DNA of 64,000 nucleotides, from the NCBI GenBank assembly GCA_002633005.1, contig NMRA01000432.1, positions 62,001-126,000 of the forward strand, written 5' to 3'. The notes below the pieces were generated by a model that was not told where the DNA came from, ran no database searches, and was given only the letters and a program-made list of their open reading frames with translations. Below, one piece after another: positions 14,301 to 26,292 of the stretch (positions are counted from its first letter, which is position 1; each line of letters opens with the position of its first letter). Both the position numbers and the translations under genes were made by a program. The DNA comes from Phoronis australis (Eukaryota > Animalia > Phoronida).

Positions 14301-15895
14301 AAGAGTTTCTGTTAGATAAAAAATGAGCAAATATCTATTGTGTAGATTTGAAATGCACTGTAGATAGATTATTACATAGACTGCAGTGTAGGACTCTCTA
14401 TAGAAGTTTTTAAGTAAAATCATTTCTTCAGAAAGTAAAATTAGTGATCCTAATACATCCGTTACCGTGAGCAACAGGCACTAGAACACATTTTTACAGA
14501 GGCTGGTCTACAGGGGTTCAAGGGGCTCAACCCCCCCCCCTCGGGACACGATCAAAAAATACAAATTGAAAAAAAAATCGGCAGAAAAATGAAATCAGCT
14601 GCTAATTAAAACCACAAAAAATCTTACACGGGAGGGGGTTCCCCCTCCAGACCTTCCTTTCGCTCGGCGCTACGCGCCACGGNCCCCCCCCCCCCCCCAC
14701 TGAAAACGTAGATCTGCCATTGTTTTATGATTGTTAAGTCACTATGTCAGGTCTTGAAATAAGCAACTCATGACACGGAAACAAATGAACACCTGCTCCA
14801 TGGTTGTCAACATTCGAGAATGAAAAAACGGGACATTGAATTGAAAAACAGGACATTCGGAGACAAAGCGGTGCATCTGGGTCTATGTCAAAACGCTGTC
14901 GGGCGGGATGCCGAGAAAAATTCAAAAAGTGGTATTGCCCACCAAGAGCGGGACAATTGTCAGCAACACAAAGTATTGGATTGAATTTTTACAAGGTAAA
15001 CTTTTCATTTTTAAGCTACATTTCATGTAAATACTGCAGATAACATTCACCGCTCAGAAATAAAAAAGTATTTAGGCAACAGGTAAATATTGCAGTAATG
15101 AATTATTATAGAATTGAAAACAGTAATACTCTAGGCCAACACAAATACACATGCGCGCACTAAGCTAAGCTAAGCTAACCTACGCTAAGCTAAACTTGGA
15201 AAGTACATGTAGTTTTTTAAAGTTACTTAAACACAAATGTTAGAAGGGTCTAAACTTTTCATTTATAATTGCAAAACAAGCACACTGAAACCAAAAGTCA
15301 CTTCTTTCCTTAAAATATTGTAACATGATTTTAAAACCCCAAAATGTCATGTTGAAAAACTCCTAGCACGTAATTTGATAGGTTCTCAAAAGAGGTTCTA
15401 AGACTGAAGATGAAAAAATGTCAGAGGCTAGACTATTCCCGGTATCCGACCAGTGCCACGGGTAAGTGCGCATACAGAATGACCAATGTAATTGTCTGAT
15501 TTTCTGTATAGTTCTGCAGGTGAATCGTTGTTTAGAACCGTAGATCAAGAGTCTCGGTTGATGAACAAAAATATCAAAATGAAAACGAAGCAATGAAATT
15601 ATGCATAATTGATTTGACAGCTAGAACACCCGATCAAAACTCAGTCGAGCAGACTGCCGGAAATTTACAGTCTAAACTTTCATGTGTAGTGTCGGGGTCG
15701 TAAGCTCTAATAATTGAATATTATTGATTACGTGAGGGAGTTAACATTCCGGGACTAGAGCTCTTTGTGACTGTACGCAAAAACAGACTATATCATCCAG
15801 TAGCTGTGTTTTTTCAGCCCTGTTTACTTACGCCAAGTTCCTTCAGCAGCTGCCAGTACATGTAGGCATACGACTGCAAAACCTGTAAAATACAT
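3116..15895 (-). CDS. Secreted or cell-surface protein: signal peptide + WSC domain + at least 3 Ig-like domains, 3' end not found in the window. Exons: 15895-15832, 12847-12789, 12023-11774, 9844-9497, 8946-8822, 8050-7852, 3424-3116
   Basis: Seven GT-AG exons splice in frame with intron phases 1,0,1,1,0,1,1. The protein reads MYFTGFAVVCLHVLAAAEGTW, then a WSC pattern with 8 Cys, then Ig-like repeats linked by (Y/G)GP motifs. Confidence 0.85.
3471..3534. repeat. (TA)n/(TG)n microsatellite
   Basis: Seen directly; abuts the Penelope-like element. Confidence 0.97.
3535..5250. mobile_element. 5'-truncated Penelope-like retroelement with inverted (palindromic) pLTR duplication, flanked by microsatellites
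   Basis: 3535-4270 is largely the reverse complement of about 4585-5245. A further inverted pLTR fragment lies at about 4270-4342. GIY-YIG ORF at 4343-4912. The pLTR ends in the repeated ORF N-terminus (TLGDLLYQLPSDERHLCRHYESLLYKLIKAKNSLL). Confidence 0.88.
4343..4912 (+). pseudogene. C-terminal GIY-YIG endonuclease fragment of a Penelope-like element (RT domain missing)
   Basis: FYRNQFH..Y..DE..LK.II; LIIYYQN; DLIYQFNC...EC...RYVGYTTCALSRRLSMH...GSIKDH...H; LKILEALII...PDINSQ. Confidence 0.9.
5249..5330. repeat. (TACA/TACG)/(TA)n microsatellite
   Basis: Seen directly; abuts the other end of the Penelope-like element. Confidence 0.97.
7852..8050 (-). CDS. WSC-Ig gene exon 6 (Ig domain 2, C-terminal half)
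   Basis: GTIEWEY...YYVKCIVRNLVTG...LVLDLH supplies the C-strand Trp and F-strand Cys; aaag/GTGAG. Confidence 0.82.
8822..8946 (-). CDS. WSC-Ig gene exon 5 (Ig domain 2, N-terminal half)
   Basis: (Y)GPNDVLLEDG...VCEGEKFSLTCKSDNVSPN; ttgcag/GTAAGT. Confidence 0.85.
9497..9844 (-). CDS. WSC-Ig gene exon 4 (atypical Cys-rich Ig-like domain 1)
   Basis: GPDEVYF...GSTGVLMCQS...VVDCSLSSD...SLLVHVF; symmetric phase 1-1 exon. Confidence 0.8.
9900..11426 (-). mobile_element. Diverged HINE copy on the minus strand, in WSC-Ig intron 3 (left boundary approximate)
   Basis: 11355-11426 is the reverse complement of the HINE head; gccactaggggcac at about 10093 and other monomer fragments are present. Confidence 0.6.
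11774..12023 (-). CDS. WSC-Ig gene exon 3 (WSC core)
   Basis: VTELSTEPFTLVMCVRYCVKGDATFAVVSFPVCRCTSVMPYKKLRDSACNAHTCPGLMFQPCGDISASSGQVSVVMY gives CxxxC, CxC, C-x4-CPG-x5-CG; ttag/GTAAGT. Confidence 0.85.
12789..12847 (-). CDS. WSC-Ig gene exon 2 (first WSC strand)
   Basis: ttcttgcag acceptor; (R)IIGCWDGSNTASNSLSEKK resembles the WSC 'YLGCYxD' start; GTAAAT donor. Confidence 0.8.
14497..14722. mobile_element. Short GC-rich MITE-like element
   Basis: Degenerate inverted ends cagaggctggtctac ... gtagatctgccattg with internal G/C runs; a similarly built element lies at about 9273-9415. Confidence 0.45.
15832..15895 (-). CDS. WSC-Ig gene exon 1 (signal peptide)
   Basis: MYFTGFAVVCLHVLAAAEGTW, a hydrophobic leader ending in an AAA/AEG cleavage-like site; phase-1 GTAAGT donor. 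Confidence 0.7.
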
Positions 15896-18441
15896 AGTTA
15901 GAGATCTAGAGATACAAGTTCGAGGCTCATTGTCTTCAGTTACGACTGTATTGGAGTAAACTAATGTGGCCTCGTAACAAGGCTTTCTGTACCCTCTGAC
16001 AGACTCCCACCTATACTGAAAAGTGGCGCTGTGGAAACATGATAAACGACACACGGAATTTCGTTCGTGGCCACCAATGCACATGCTTTGTCGGAAATGT
16101 ACCGATCACATCTCCATCACTTGTACACGACTACTATGGGCTGTACTTGTGAGGGCTAAAGTCACTCTTTCTGGGTTTTCTTGGTTTTGTTTACTTATAT
16201 AACTGCCCGTTTTAATAAATTCCAACTATTCAAGTCAAAGGTCGTCGCCATACTACGTAGCAGTAAACTGAAAGGGGTTTCCCAGATTTCAACCAATTTG
16301 AATTACTGAATGTTATGACGTTAGTTTCATTACATTAACCAATGAGAAGCCATGTTAAACAACATTCCACAGTGCTACCTTTCGTAGCACTGTGAAAGAG
16401 TATAGGTTTACCATCGTAAAACAGATATTCCGGAGTCACTCTCACACCTTCAAAACAGCTGGCCAGTCCAAAAAACACCAACCCAGAACCTTTAAAACAG
16501 GAACTCCGGGGATCGGACAGGAAGGACTCCCAGGACCCAAACACCACTCCCGCACTTTTGTCAGAGTGTCAATGCGTTGAGTTTAGAAATTTTGATTTCA
16601 AATTCCGTTTTAATGATTGATGAGTAGTTAAAGTACACTTTTTAGGGCAAGAACGGTGAAATTGGTCACGTTGCAGGTCTTTTGAGTAAAGATAGTTAAA
16701 GGAATTAATCGATGATGGAACTGGAAAGTCGAAATTATGTTTTTGTTTTTATTTCTGAAAATATTGTTGGAGAAACTGTTGAGTAATCTGAAATTAACAA
16801 AATATTCACCGAGATAACAACGTGTTGAGAGTATAGATTATGTTGAAATTCGCCCACAAACAAATTGCACGAGTTTTACCGATAAAAATAATAAAAACAA
16901 AATCACTATAATATAAGTGACAATTTTATTAACGAATGCAGAAAACAATTGGAAAGTACTTGAAGATGCTTTAATTCAAAGTTTGAGGCTACTGTATCGT
17001 CGTTTTGAAGGTCGGTTTTCGTGTTTCAACGCTCAAGGTTCGTGCTTTTTCGGACTGGTTAGCTATTTTGAAGGTCGGGAGTTTGTTTTCTATTCCAGGA
17101 TATCTGCATTAGACCGGGATTCCGATACCGGTGGAACACCCTGAGCAGTCGCTGTGCAAGCGGAATGTGATGCAGGTGGCCGGTACACAAACCTGAGAGT
17201 TCAACATCAGCGGGCTTTTTCAATAAAGAACCAACTTAGCTACAAAGTGGAAAGCGTATGTACTCGATCACATACGACTTTAATCTCTGAGACATGTGAC
17301 GTCACAGAATTCATTTAAATAAAAATACTAAAGCTGATTCCACTCACTCGGATTGCATATTACGAATCTCGATAACCCACAGTTAGCGCCTTTCATGAAC
17401 CACTTGAATGTCTGGTTACGATTTCTCTAAAGTTCATTTCTTTAAAACTCTCTGTAGAACAGCCGATGTTCCGGTGACGAAATGTACAGCACTTCACCAA
17501 TCGTCGCAATCAAAGCCATTAAAACAACTCTCATATTTTTGAGTTCCGGTTCTTCAAATAGTGGCACCTCGAGTTTAATAATTAAACCTTCAATATTCTT
17601 CAAACGTTCTATATCATGTTTATGAAAACGAAATGTACAATTTGAGATCTCGTCACTTTGATAGTGCCTCCAGGAAACGATCTTAGATGGCACTCTGTTG
17701 AAGATGGCAACTGAGGCGGGTTTGTTCTATGACACCCTCGACCCCCTCTACCCACAATCCCCACAAACTCTTCGACCCAGGCCCTGTGGCAATAATTGAA
17801 TCTTTGCGATTTTTACACATTTTATAATAATATTACGTCGCTGAGTGACTTTTCCACAAGACTTACCTACATGTACACCCGAATCTGCTCTGGCTCAAGT
17901 CTGGAGGTTAAAAATAGAAAGTAGCCTTAAACATGATCTGAAATACCGGATTGTGAGCGTGCTATGGTTGTCATGGAAATATTTCCACGAGCGGTTTCCA
18001 ATGGCCCGGTTCTCCTAAACTTAGGGAGAGAGTATGTTAACGTGAATGTACATAATTTCACATTTTTATTATCTGCTTTCTGTTGAACATGTATACTCGT
18101 TTACAGTATACTCTATGTAAAATTGACGTACTTTTTAGTTTGTTTTTTCGAACTTTATTTGTTGAAAAAAATATATTCGTGGGTTTCTCGTTCTCTCTCA
18201 AAATTGTATACTCGTTTACAATATACTCTATGTAAAGTTGACATAATTTTAGTTTGGTTTTTCAAACTGTATTTATTGAAAAAATATATTCGTGGGTTTC
18301 TCGCTCTCTCCTAAAAATCTTGAGTTTGCTATTCACTTAAGAACAGACGACGGAGACGATTTGGAACGTTGGTTGGTCTTTGATTTGGTTTGGTCGCGTT
18401 TTTTTTTTTGCCTTTCAAACTTGCCAAATCAAATCTATTAA

Positions 18442-21400
18442 GAGGCAGTCCATGTAAAAACCAGTAGATTTTCAAAAATCAGTCTATACGTCAAAATTTA
18501 AAACAACTTCATTTTTTGTACATGGGTAGGTATCCTAACAAAAACCCAAATGCCAAATTTTATGCACTCAATGACCCCTAATTTCGCCGCTGGAGCATGA
18601 TAACATTAATTGGCACAATTGGGCATATTAGAAGTCTCAAAAACCGCACGTTTTCAGCAACAAAAATTAGTGTGTTACAAAATAGATCAAAAGCTATATT
18701 TTGGTGGCTGAAATAACCACCGTATATAGTGCATAATTCTGTGCCAGTTATTAAAATCTGACTATTTTGTGCTAGACAGGGGAGATAATCCACAGACCAC
18801 TTTTTGGGGCTAATTTTAGTGGCCATTTTTGTGACCTTCTTACTGCCATAAAACACCTTGTAGCCTTATGTGACGTTTTGAACATACAGTTAAAGAGTTA
18901 TTCTTGATGACTGAGCAATAAAAAATCTTGCCTCAACTTTGCACTTTAGTGAAAATTGTCTTGCAAAACTGTTTATTTTCATAGTTTGGAAATGACGAGC
19001 AGAGTTTACAGACCATTTGAACAAACTTTTAGGCAAGAAGTCTGCTTTAAATATTTATAGAAACCAAGTCTAAACTCTTTCAAATGAAAACGAGATGTTT
19101 TCCAGGTTTATTACGCGGCTAGTATCAAAACTGAACCCGATGACCTTTGCCCACTGAGGGAGTCAGTCATTGAGGTTAAGCTTGAGGATATATAAAAAAT
19201 GTACGTGTAACCCTCTTGTATTCTATCATTTGTTTTACATTATCAGGTTAATTTACACACTCTGTAGAACTTTTAAATGGAAATAAATACCTTTAAGATC
19301 AAACGAGTAAGAATTGATATCTGTAATGACTGGTTTTGAGAGAAGCAAGTGCATTTTAAAAAGACAAAATGGCGGACGATGTCGATGGGCCTTCATGTTC
19401 CTTTAAAGTTTATTCTGCAAAAAATCCGATGGCAAAAGCTTTGTGCTTTAGTGAGTTATATCAAAGACACCACTGAACATTTGAGATACAGGAAACTACC
19501 TCACAAAGCAAGGCCTGTGCCAGAGTACGGACTCGTACTTCCCAGAGTCGGTGAATTTCTGACTGAACAGGACCAGTCATGGAAGAGTGAGGTAATTCTG
19601 GATGTTACCACTCTGCTCCTCTCCTCCTTAACGTAGCGGCCTTGTCAAGTTCTACCGGCATTTCTGTTTCGAGATATGTCAATTTAGTGAAAGTCAGAAT
19701 GGAAAGGATCTCTGTGATCGCAAGATCGCTCCACTCAAACAACGTGCAAAGTACTTTGTAGCCGAAGGTAACAATATCATAAACTTTCTGGATTTGAAAG
19801 AAGCATTACTTTCCATTGGTCGTGTGAAGGGATGCTATGTGTATGCATGTTCAGTCAATGTAACAAAGTCTTTTACAAAATACTCAGTTCCTGGTATAAG
19901 CACATTCCCAAATTTCCCTAATTCCACCCAAGGAATTCGCGTGTGGAAATTATTCCATGTAGGTGACGGTAAGTTCTTACAAATACTGAGAAAATGGGAA
20001 TCCTATTTCTCTAAAATACACTAACATCTCTAGAATGGCGGATTTTCAACACCAAGAGGCAAGGTTGGCATCTAGTGAAGAGCCTCAACATGAAAAGTTC
20101 CCTTGTACCCAGCAAGGTTACTCGAAATTTTTGCTACCGACGCAGAACTAGGTCAGCATTTGGATGTGGGTAACCTCACTGAACATTTACAGAGGGAAAC
20201 CACGTACGACCACAAAGCACGACAGTGGTCAGAAATGCATTCAGGTGCAAGAACCGGAGCGTCATTTGAGGCAGCCTCAGAGTACTATTTGGATGAGACG
20301 AATCCTGAAGCAATAGGTTAGGCATTGAAAAAGGGTAAAAGGTCAGCAAGATTTTCAGCAAAGGTTAAGAACATTCTGACGAACATATTCGATGAAGGAG
20401 ATAAGTCAGGTAAAAACGTTCACACTCGCAAGTGACAAAATGGAGAAAACATTACGAGAACCCACTGGGAAAGTGTTTACCTGTGCTGTTAAGTGAATCG
20501 CAGATTGGTGGATTTTTTCCAAGTTGTCTGCAGCAATGTTTATGACGATGCTATTTCTGCTGAAGATGCTGTTATGTCGTCAGATTTACTGAATGAAGTG
20601 GTAAATGAGCTCAACGCTTAGCCTAGTTTTGTAGCATACCATTCAAAGATGTGTGATATATGGAGTCGAGACCGTTACTTCTGTTCACTTGATGTCTGTC
20701 ATGAATGAGTCATTAATAAAATTGTCTCTCGTGAATTATTTTCTATTGACTGTGAATGTGTACCTTTTTATACCACTGATGATCACAGTGGCAGAAATAT
20801 TCAGCGTTAGGGTGCCCGGTGTGTGGGGGGTGGAACACCAGGTTTCTGGCGACTGGTGGCGACTAAAATTTCTAGCAACCAGCAGGGACATCACAATATG
20901 AACCCAAAGTTACAATGACTATTTGCACTAAACACTAGGGGGGCATATCCACCTTGGGTGCCTTCCTTTGCATGTGGCACGAACAAGGTAGATAGAAAAC
21001 AAGGCAGGGGTGAGTTCAGTAACACTAGAACCTCTCTAAAATTTATCCAAAACCACGTGTTCTCATTTAGAATGCAGAGCAATATCTCGCGAAGTTTTGA
21101 ATTATAGCAAGGTCCTTGTGTTACTGCTCTTATTCTAGATGCGTCTTCAGTCTCCACGTAACCAAAAGCAGCGCCATCTATCATTTAGAAGCACGCATGC
21201 CTATTGATTTATGTAAATGTTTTTTGTTATAAGCAATAATCATCAATGCCGTTTTCAGAGAATGGTAATTAATTATGCAGTCTGCCTTTTCTCCAAAATA
21301 CAAGGTTTTTATGTCGTGTTTCGCAAGCTAATTATATGTTCCAAGAGCTCCCTATTGGCAGCAGAGGCGATTGAGAACATGCAAAAGGACGAAGTGCAGT

Positions 21401-21914
21401 TCGTGTAATGCTTCGTACGCAAAAACTACATTAGAGGCAAGATTTTTTATTTTAGATTATGAACAGGTTAGGAATGACTGAACAAATTATTATAAAGTCA
21501 ATTTCAGGAAAGGTGCGTTATGGCTGCTACAGAGTGCCAAATTTGGCCGAAAATGGCTTCAGTGAAAACCTGAAAAATAGCCATTTTTGCCTCACAAATT
21601 CGAAACGTACAAATTTAAAAATGGATTTGAAAGTTATGCTATCAAATTATTCAGGCATTGCCCTTTCAATTCGTATTATTCATTTGTTTTTACCTCACCA
21701 CACATGCTAGTAAAATGCATTCAAACATGTCTACTTCGACGCCCAATTTTGTTGCAAAATGGAGGTACAAGTCATAAAAAGAAAAATAATGAATGAAAAT
21801 TCTTAAAAAGTGAGGTTTTTCTACATCTCAACAAGCCAAACTCATGTGCTAAGTTTCAAAAAATCGGTGATTTTGGGCATAGACTCTACCTGTTGGTTTT
21901 ATATGGAGTCACTC
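18442..21914 (+). mobile_element. Decayed Sola3-like DNA transposon
   Basis: TTAA|GAGgcagtccatgtaaaaacc at the left end and ggttttatatggagtcaCTC|TTAA at the right (imperfect TIR, TTAA TSD, GAG termini). Frameshifted transposase remnants at about 19350-20600: NSGCYH, FSESQNGKDLCDRKIAPLK, GIRVWK.FHVGDGK, HLDVG, ALKKGKRSARFSAKVK, QIGGFFSKLS. Family assignment is from recalled motifs. Confidence 0.72.
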
Positions 21915-22719
21915 TTAATTGCAAAAAAGGGAAAAGCCAGTCGAGCTCACGACCATGTTCAGATAGAGTCCAGCTTGTGTAGACTGGGTCGAGGGGGTCG
22001 TGAGGGTTGTGGGGTGCCGGGATCGAAGGGGTTTTAGAACAATCCACTGACGCGTCTAGAAATACAGCATGTCAATGAAGAGGGGAATATCCATTTATCT
22101 CGCAAATATATTCATGCGATTGGGTTTAGCCAAATGACGGTGCTTTCAAACGCCAGGTTATTACACACCACAAAGTTCAAGACCATATAGTAGGATATTA
22201 TCAAGGAGTGTACTAGTACTACAACAGTACACTCTTTGATATGATATTACAGGGTCAGGGCAGTTTGACATAATATTGATGAAAACGATTTTAAAGAATT
22301 TTTTTTTCTTGGCCATATAAATTGTTATCAAACTGCTTACGGTTATGTTGACACCTCTCCACTTTATCATTGGTTCCATTGTATGCCTTAGTAATATCTA
22401 CTTTATCTAAAAACGCTTAACATGCTTGTAAACAAAACAGTTGGAATAACCATTATTGACCAGAACCTGTTCAGTTGACTACTGCTTGGAAATTTTGTTT
22501 TGGTTAAAGCAATCACATTTTAGGCTACAAGGAATAATATTCAACTTGCCTGTCCACGACATTTGTGTTCAACTTCTAGGGACTCTGCACCGTGCAACAA
22601 AACCACCAACGGCAACAATAAAAACTGCTCGATTGCTTTCCCTTGCTCGTGCGCCGCGCGATAACGCCGATTATTGAAATAAAACTGCACGTGCACATGA
22701 TCCCATGAAAAAGTAAATA

Positions 22720-23336
22720 CCGGGGTTTTCCGTAGATAAGCCCCTGGGCTTGTATACGGAAAATGAAAATTTCAAGATACTTTAGGAACATCAATAAACG
22801 CCCGGGCGTTTATTCGGAAAAGGGGGCGTGTAAACGGAAAGTCATAATTTTCGCGACGTAAATACCAGCATGAAGCGCTATATGTATTTTTGTAAGTGAA
22901 ACTTTTATAGCAGCTTATCAATCGCAATATCTGCCCAGCGGGACAAGAAAATATGTGTGCATCACTCCTAGATCTCCTTCTTACAAAGATGATCGCACCC
23001 AAAGTCGTTTAACAGAAAATCTGTGAACTTCGGCCGGCTTGAAAACTCGGCCACATCGTATTGTGAAAAAAAAAACAGTTCGAGTCAGTTCTGTTAATAT
23101 AGTTCAGCAACACTTTTCTCGATTTTATAAATAATAAATCCTCTACAAAACTGAATTTGTTGACTCTAAGTGGGCGTTTAAAAGGAAATTTTCCGAATTA
23201 AAGCACCACTATCTAGACACTTGACACGAGAATTTCCAACACCAAATAAACGCCCATGGGCGTTTATTCGACATATTTTACCGAATAAATGCACATGGGT
23301 GTTTCATCGGGTGGGCTTATCTACGGAAAACCCAGG
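22720..23336. mobile_element. pogo/Tigger-like MITE (Tc1/mariner superfamily)
   Basis: TA|ccggggttttccgtagataagccc ... gggcttatctacggaaaacccagg|TA. Subterminal palindromes aataaacgccc(at)gggcgtttattcg occur at both ends. Confidence 0.82.
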
Positions 23337-25606
23337 TAATATATTAGAGAAAATGTTGTTACACATATTGTCTTTGGTCGTAGCTCCAGTCTTTTCATCC
23401 TGTGACCATGCCATACCTGGGGTAACTTTATTGTTCATGTGTGGCTAGAAAAAGAATAATATCGTTTATTACGTCATCCGCCATGTTGGAGGACAAACAT
23501 TTCAGCATGGTTGTGATATCGTGTAGCAAAGACAAACATTCACCATTAAACTGAGTAAATTCTGCCGATAATTTACTCAGTATAATATACAAAACGCACC
23601 GGGAGTGGCGTAGATGAAGAAATATCCCACGACACATTATTCCGCGTATCGACCGAGACCAAAGTTAGAGGTCGATTGGCCTACACGGAATAATCTCGAG
23701 TGGGATATTACTGGTACTTCATTTACGCCAATCGAGGTACGTTTTGTATTAATCCCATATGCTTCGAATTCCTAAGTTTCTTTCATTTTTTCGGCAGATT
23801 TTTTAAATACTTCACCCAGACTGTTCACGTCGCGGATCACATCATATATGTATATACTTGCGCGTTGGGTTACAAGTTTTCTGTAGTAAACAGAAACAGA
23901 TTTAAATGTAACGGCTTGTTACTTGAAAGAGATAAAAAAGATGGAAACAAAGGTTATTAAGCATTGAACTTGTAACATTTTCTGAAAATAGGTAAATAAC
24001 AACAGTAGGCCTATTTGATACTGTAGTTACCGAGGAATCTGTATGCACCTGAGTTGCAGACGATATAATACATTTAACAATGTTCATGTCAAACTAGGGT
24101 ACTGAAAGTACTTGCAATAATGAACATATTGCAGGTTTTTTTTTAGTTCAAGTTTAACTCGTGCACCGTTATAGGTACCTCTGAAATTAGTAAAAAGGCA
24201 CCTCAATAAGAATGCCCCATCTCTCATGTTCCCCCGGTTGCCCGTCTCTGCGAGCGTGCCTGTGGAAATTGATTATAACATTCCGTTCTCATAAATAAAT
24301 TCGTTGCTTTCTGATTTACATGTTTATGTATTTACGAAAACCGACAGATTCAGTGATGGTTTTTGGCAATTAGAAGCTAATATTTTAAGAAATGATGATG
24401 TTTCAGTGAATTTAGTTGCAGCTTGAGTTTGGGAAAACTCTAAAATCCTATCCCTAAGTAGTAAAGTGCAGCTTGGACGAATTTTGCCTATTTAAAATTA
24501 CTCTCAAAGACATCGATGAAATTTGGACAGTTCCCAAAAATATACTTACAATTCAATTCAAATGACAATGGATGCATTGCTTTTTGTCTTAGATAGAAGT
24601 TTAGTCGTTTAAACTCAAAACAGGGGATAAAAAACGAATTATGCCATTAAATCAAGGTAAACGCATTGCTCATGGAATCGATTGTTGGTTCCTGATTTAC
24701 ATGTTTATGAGTCTACGAAAATGGACTAATTGATAAATGATTTTTTTGACTATTAGAAGCTAATCTTGTAAAAAATGACAATGCGCTAATGAACTTAGTT
24801 GTAGGCTGACACTGGGAAAATTCGATCTTTCATCAGATCCCCAAATAGCAAAGTACACTAAACTTTTTTTTTCTGAAATAAGTCTCAAGGATATTGACTG
24901 AATGTCGGGGCGACTCTACAAAGTGCACCCGGCGAAACGTTCTCTGGCAATTCAAATGATAATAAATTGTTTGACTTAAGAGCTAGATTAGTGGGTTAAA
25001 TACACAAACCTTAGATCGAAAAAAAAGAAGTTTAAGTGATTGATATAATCAATTTAAACTCATTTCCCATGATCTTGGAAGGGGTGTCTTTGCACTATGT
25101 AGTAGTCCTTGATGTTTTTAGTTTCCAGTAGTATTGCGCAATGAATTTTCGTTTGCTTGCCAGTGGCATGCATATTACCATACAGACGGAGCACGCCAGT
25201 CCTGACTGACGGGTGTAAACATGCGGAAGGCCCGCGCAGAATCTCACGAGTCCACGGGAATGAACTTGAGCTCCAGGCGCTCAAAAGCCGGTGTACATCA
25301 GTTTTGGGACACACTCTGTATCACCCAGACACCAGAACCTGGTCTACCGGCCGTGTTTCAACAAGGGATTCTGAAACGGCCCCAAAGGCACTATATACCA
25401 GGGACCTCGGGACCTCACCTTTCCAAAAAATTTATTCAAAGAAAGGCCATAGATAATAAAATGAACTTTTCCCGAATGGATCACTATCTTGTTGACCTGG
25501 CCAGCGCAGAAGGATCGATAAGGTACGAGCTGCCTGCCTCATACGGGAGTTTCCGAATGTCTTACGGGCAAAATTCTGACTCAGTAATATTCTGCTGAGC
25601 CCCCCC

Positions 25607-25888
25607 NNNNNNNNNNNNNNNNNNNNNNNNNNNNNNNNNNNNNNNNNNNNNNNNNNNNNNNNNNNNNNNNNNNNNNNNNNNNNNNNNNNNNNNNNNNNNN
25701 NNNNNNNNNNNNNNNNNNNNNNNNNNNNNNNNNNNNNNNNNNNNNNNNNNNNNNNNNNNNNNNNNNNNNNNNNNNNNNNNNNNNNNNNNNNNNNNNNNNN
25801 NNNNNNNNNNNNNNNNNNNNNNNNNNNNNNNNNNNNNNNNNNNNNNNNNNNNNNNNNNNNNNNNNNNNNNNNNNNNNNNNNNNNNNNN
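25607..25888. other. Assembly gap (N run) just upstream of the AF10 start codon
   Basis: Run of N. Confidence 0.99.
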
Positions 25889-26174
25889 CCTTCGCAATAA
25901 CTTTTTACTTCTTGCGGGCCTGTCATTTCAATTTACCAGGCTCAGCGGCCACTTGGGGGCACGTGAGACATGAGAGAGTCCCCGTGAAGAGAATCAGTGC
26001 AGCGCTCCTCGCGGACATTTCTGAAACCACCATTCCCATGATGCTTGCTGTTCGTAGAGAGCGCATGGGCATGTGGTGTTTCCGGGATGTGATTTGTCCC
26101 ATTGTGTTCTTTTCTGGAATATCAATGTTTTCGCGCCGACGAAAATGATTAATTGAGATTTGCATTGTCAAATC

Positions 26175-26292
26175 ATGTCGAAGATGAAAGCCATGGTGGG
26201 TGGATGTTGTGTATGTTCCGATGAACGAGGTTGGGCAGAGAATCCGCTTGTTTACTGTGACGGGCAGGGGTGTAACGTCGCTGTGCATCAAG
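26175..26292 (+). CDS. MLLT10: AF10 coding exon 1 (start of PHD1)
   Basis: ATG at 26175 reads MSKMKAMVGGCCVCSDERGWAENPLVYCDGQGCNVAVHQ; GT donor at 26293. Confidence 0.95.

Noticed and set aside
17442-17693. 83-aa ORF containing FRFHKHDIERL, reminiscent of Harbinger transposases
   Set aside because: Only one short motif; no TIR/TSD or DDE region could be supported.
25157-25598. Overlapping 99-aa and 125-aa ORFs upstream of AF10
   Set aside because: No recognisable homology or splice pattern, and adjacent to an assembly gap.
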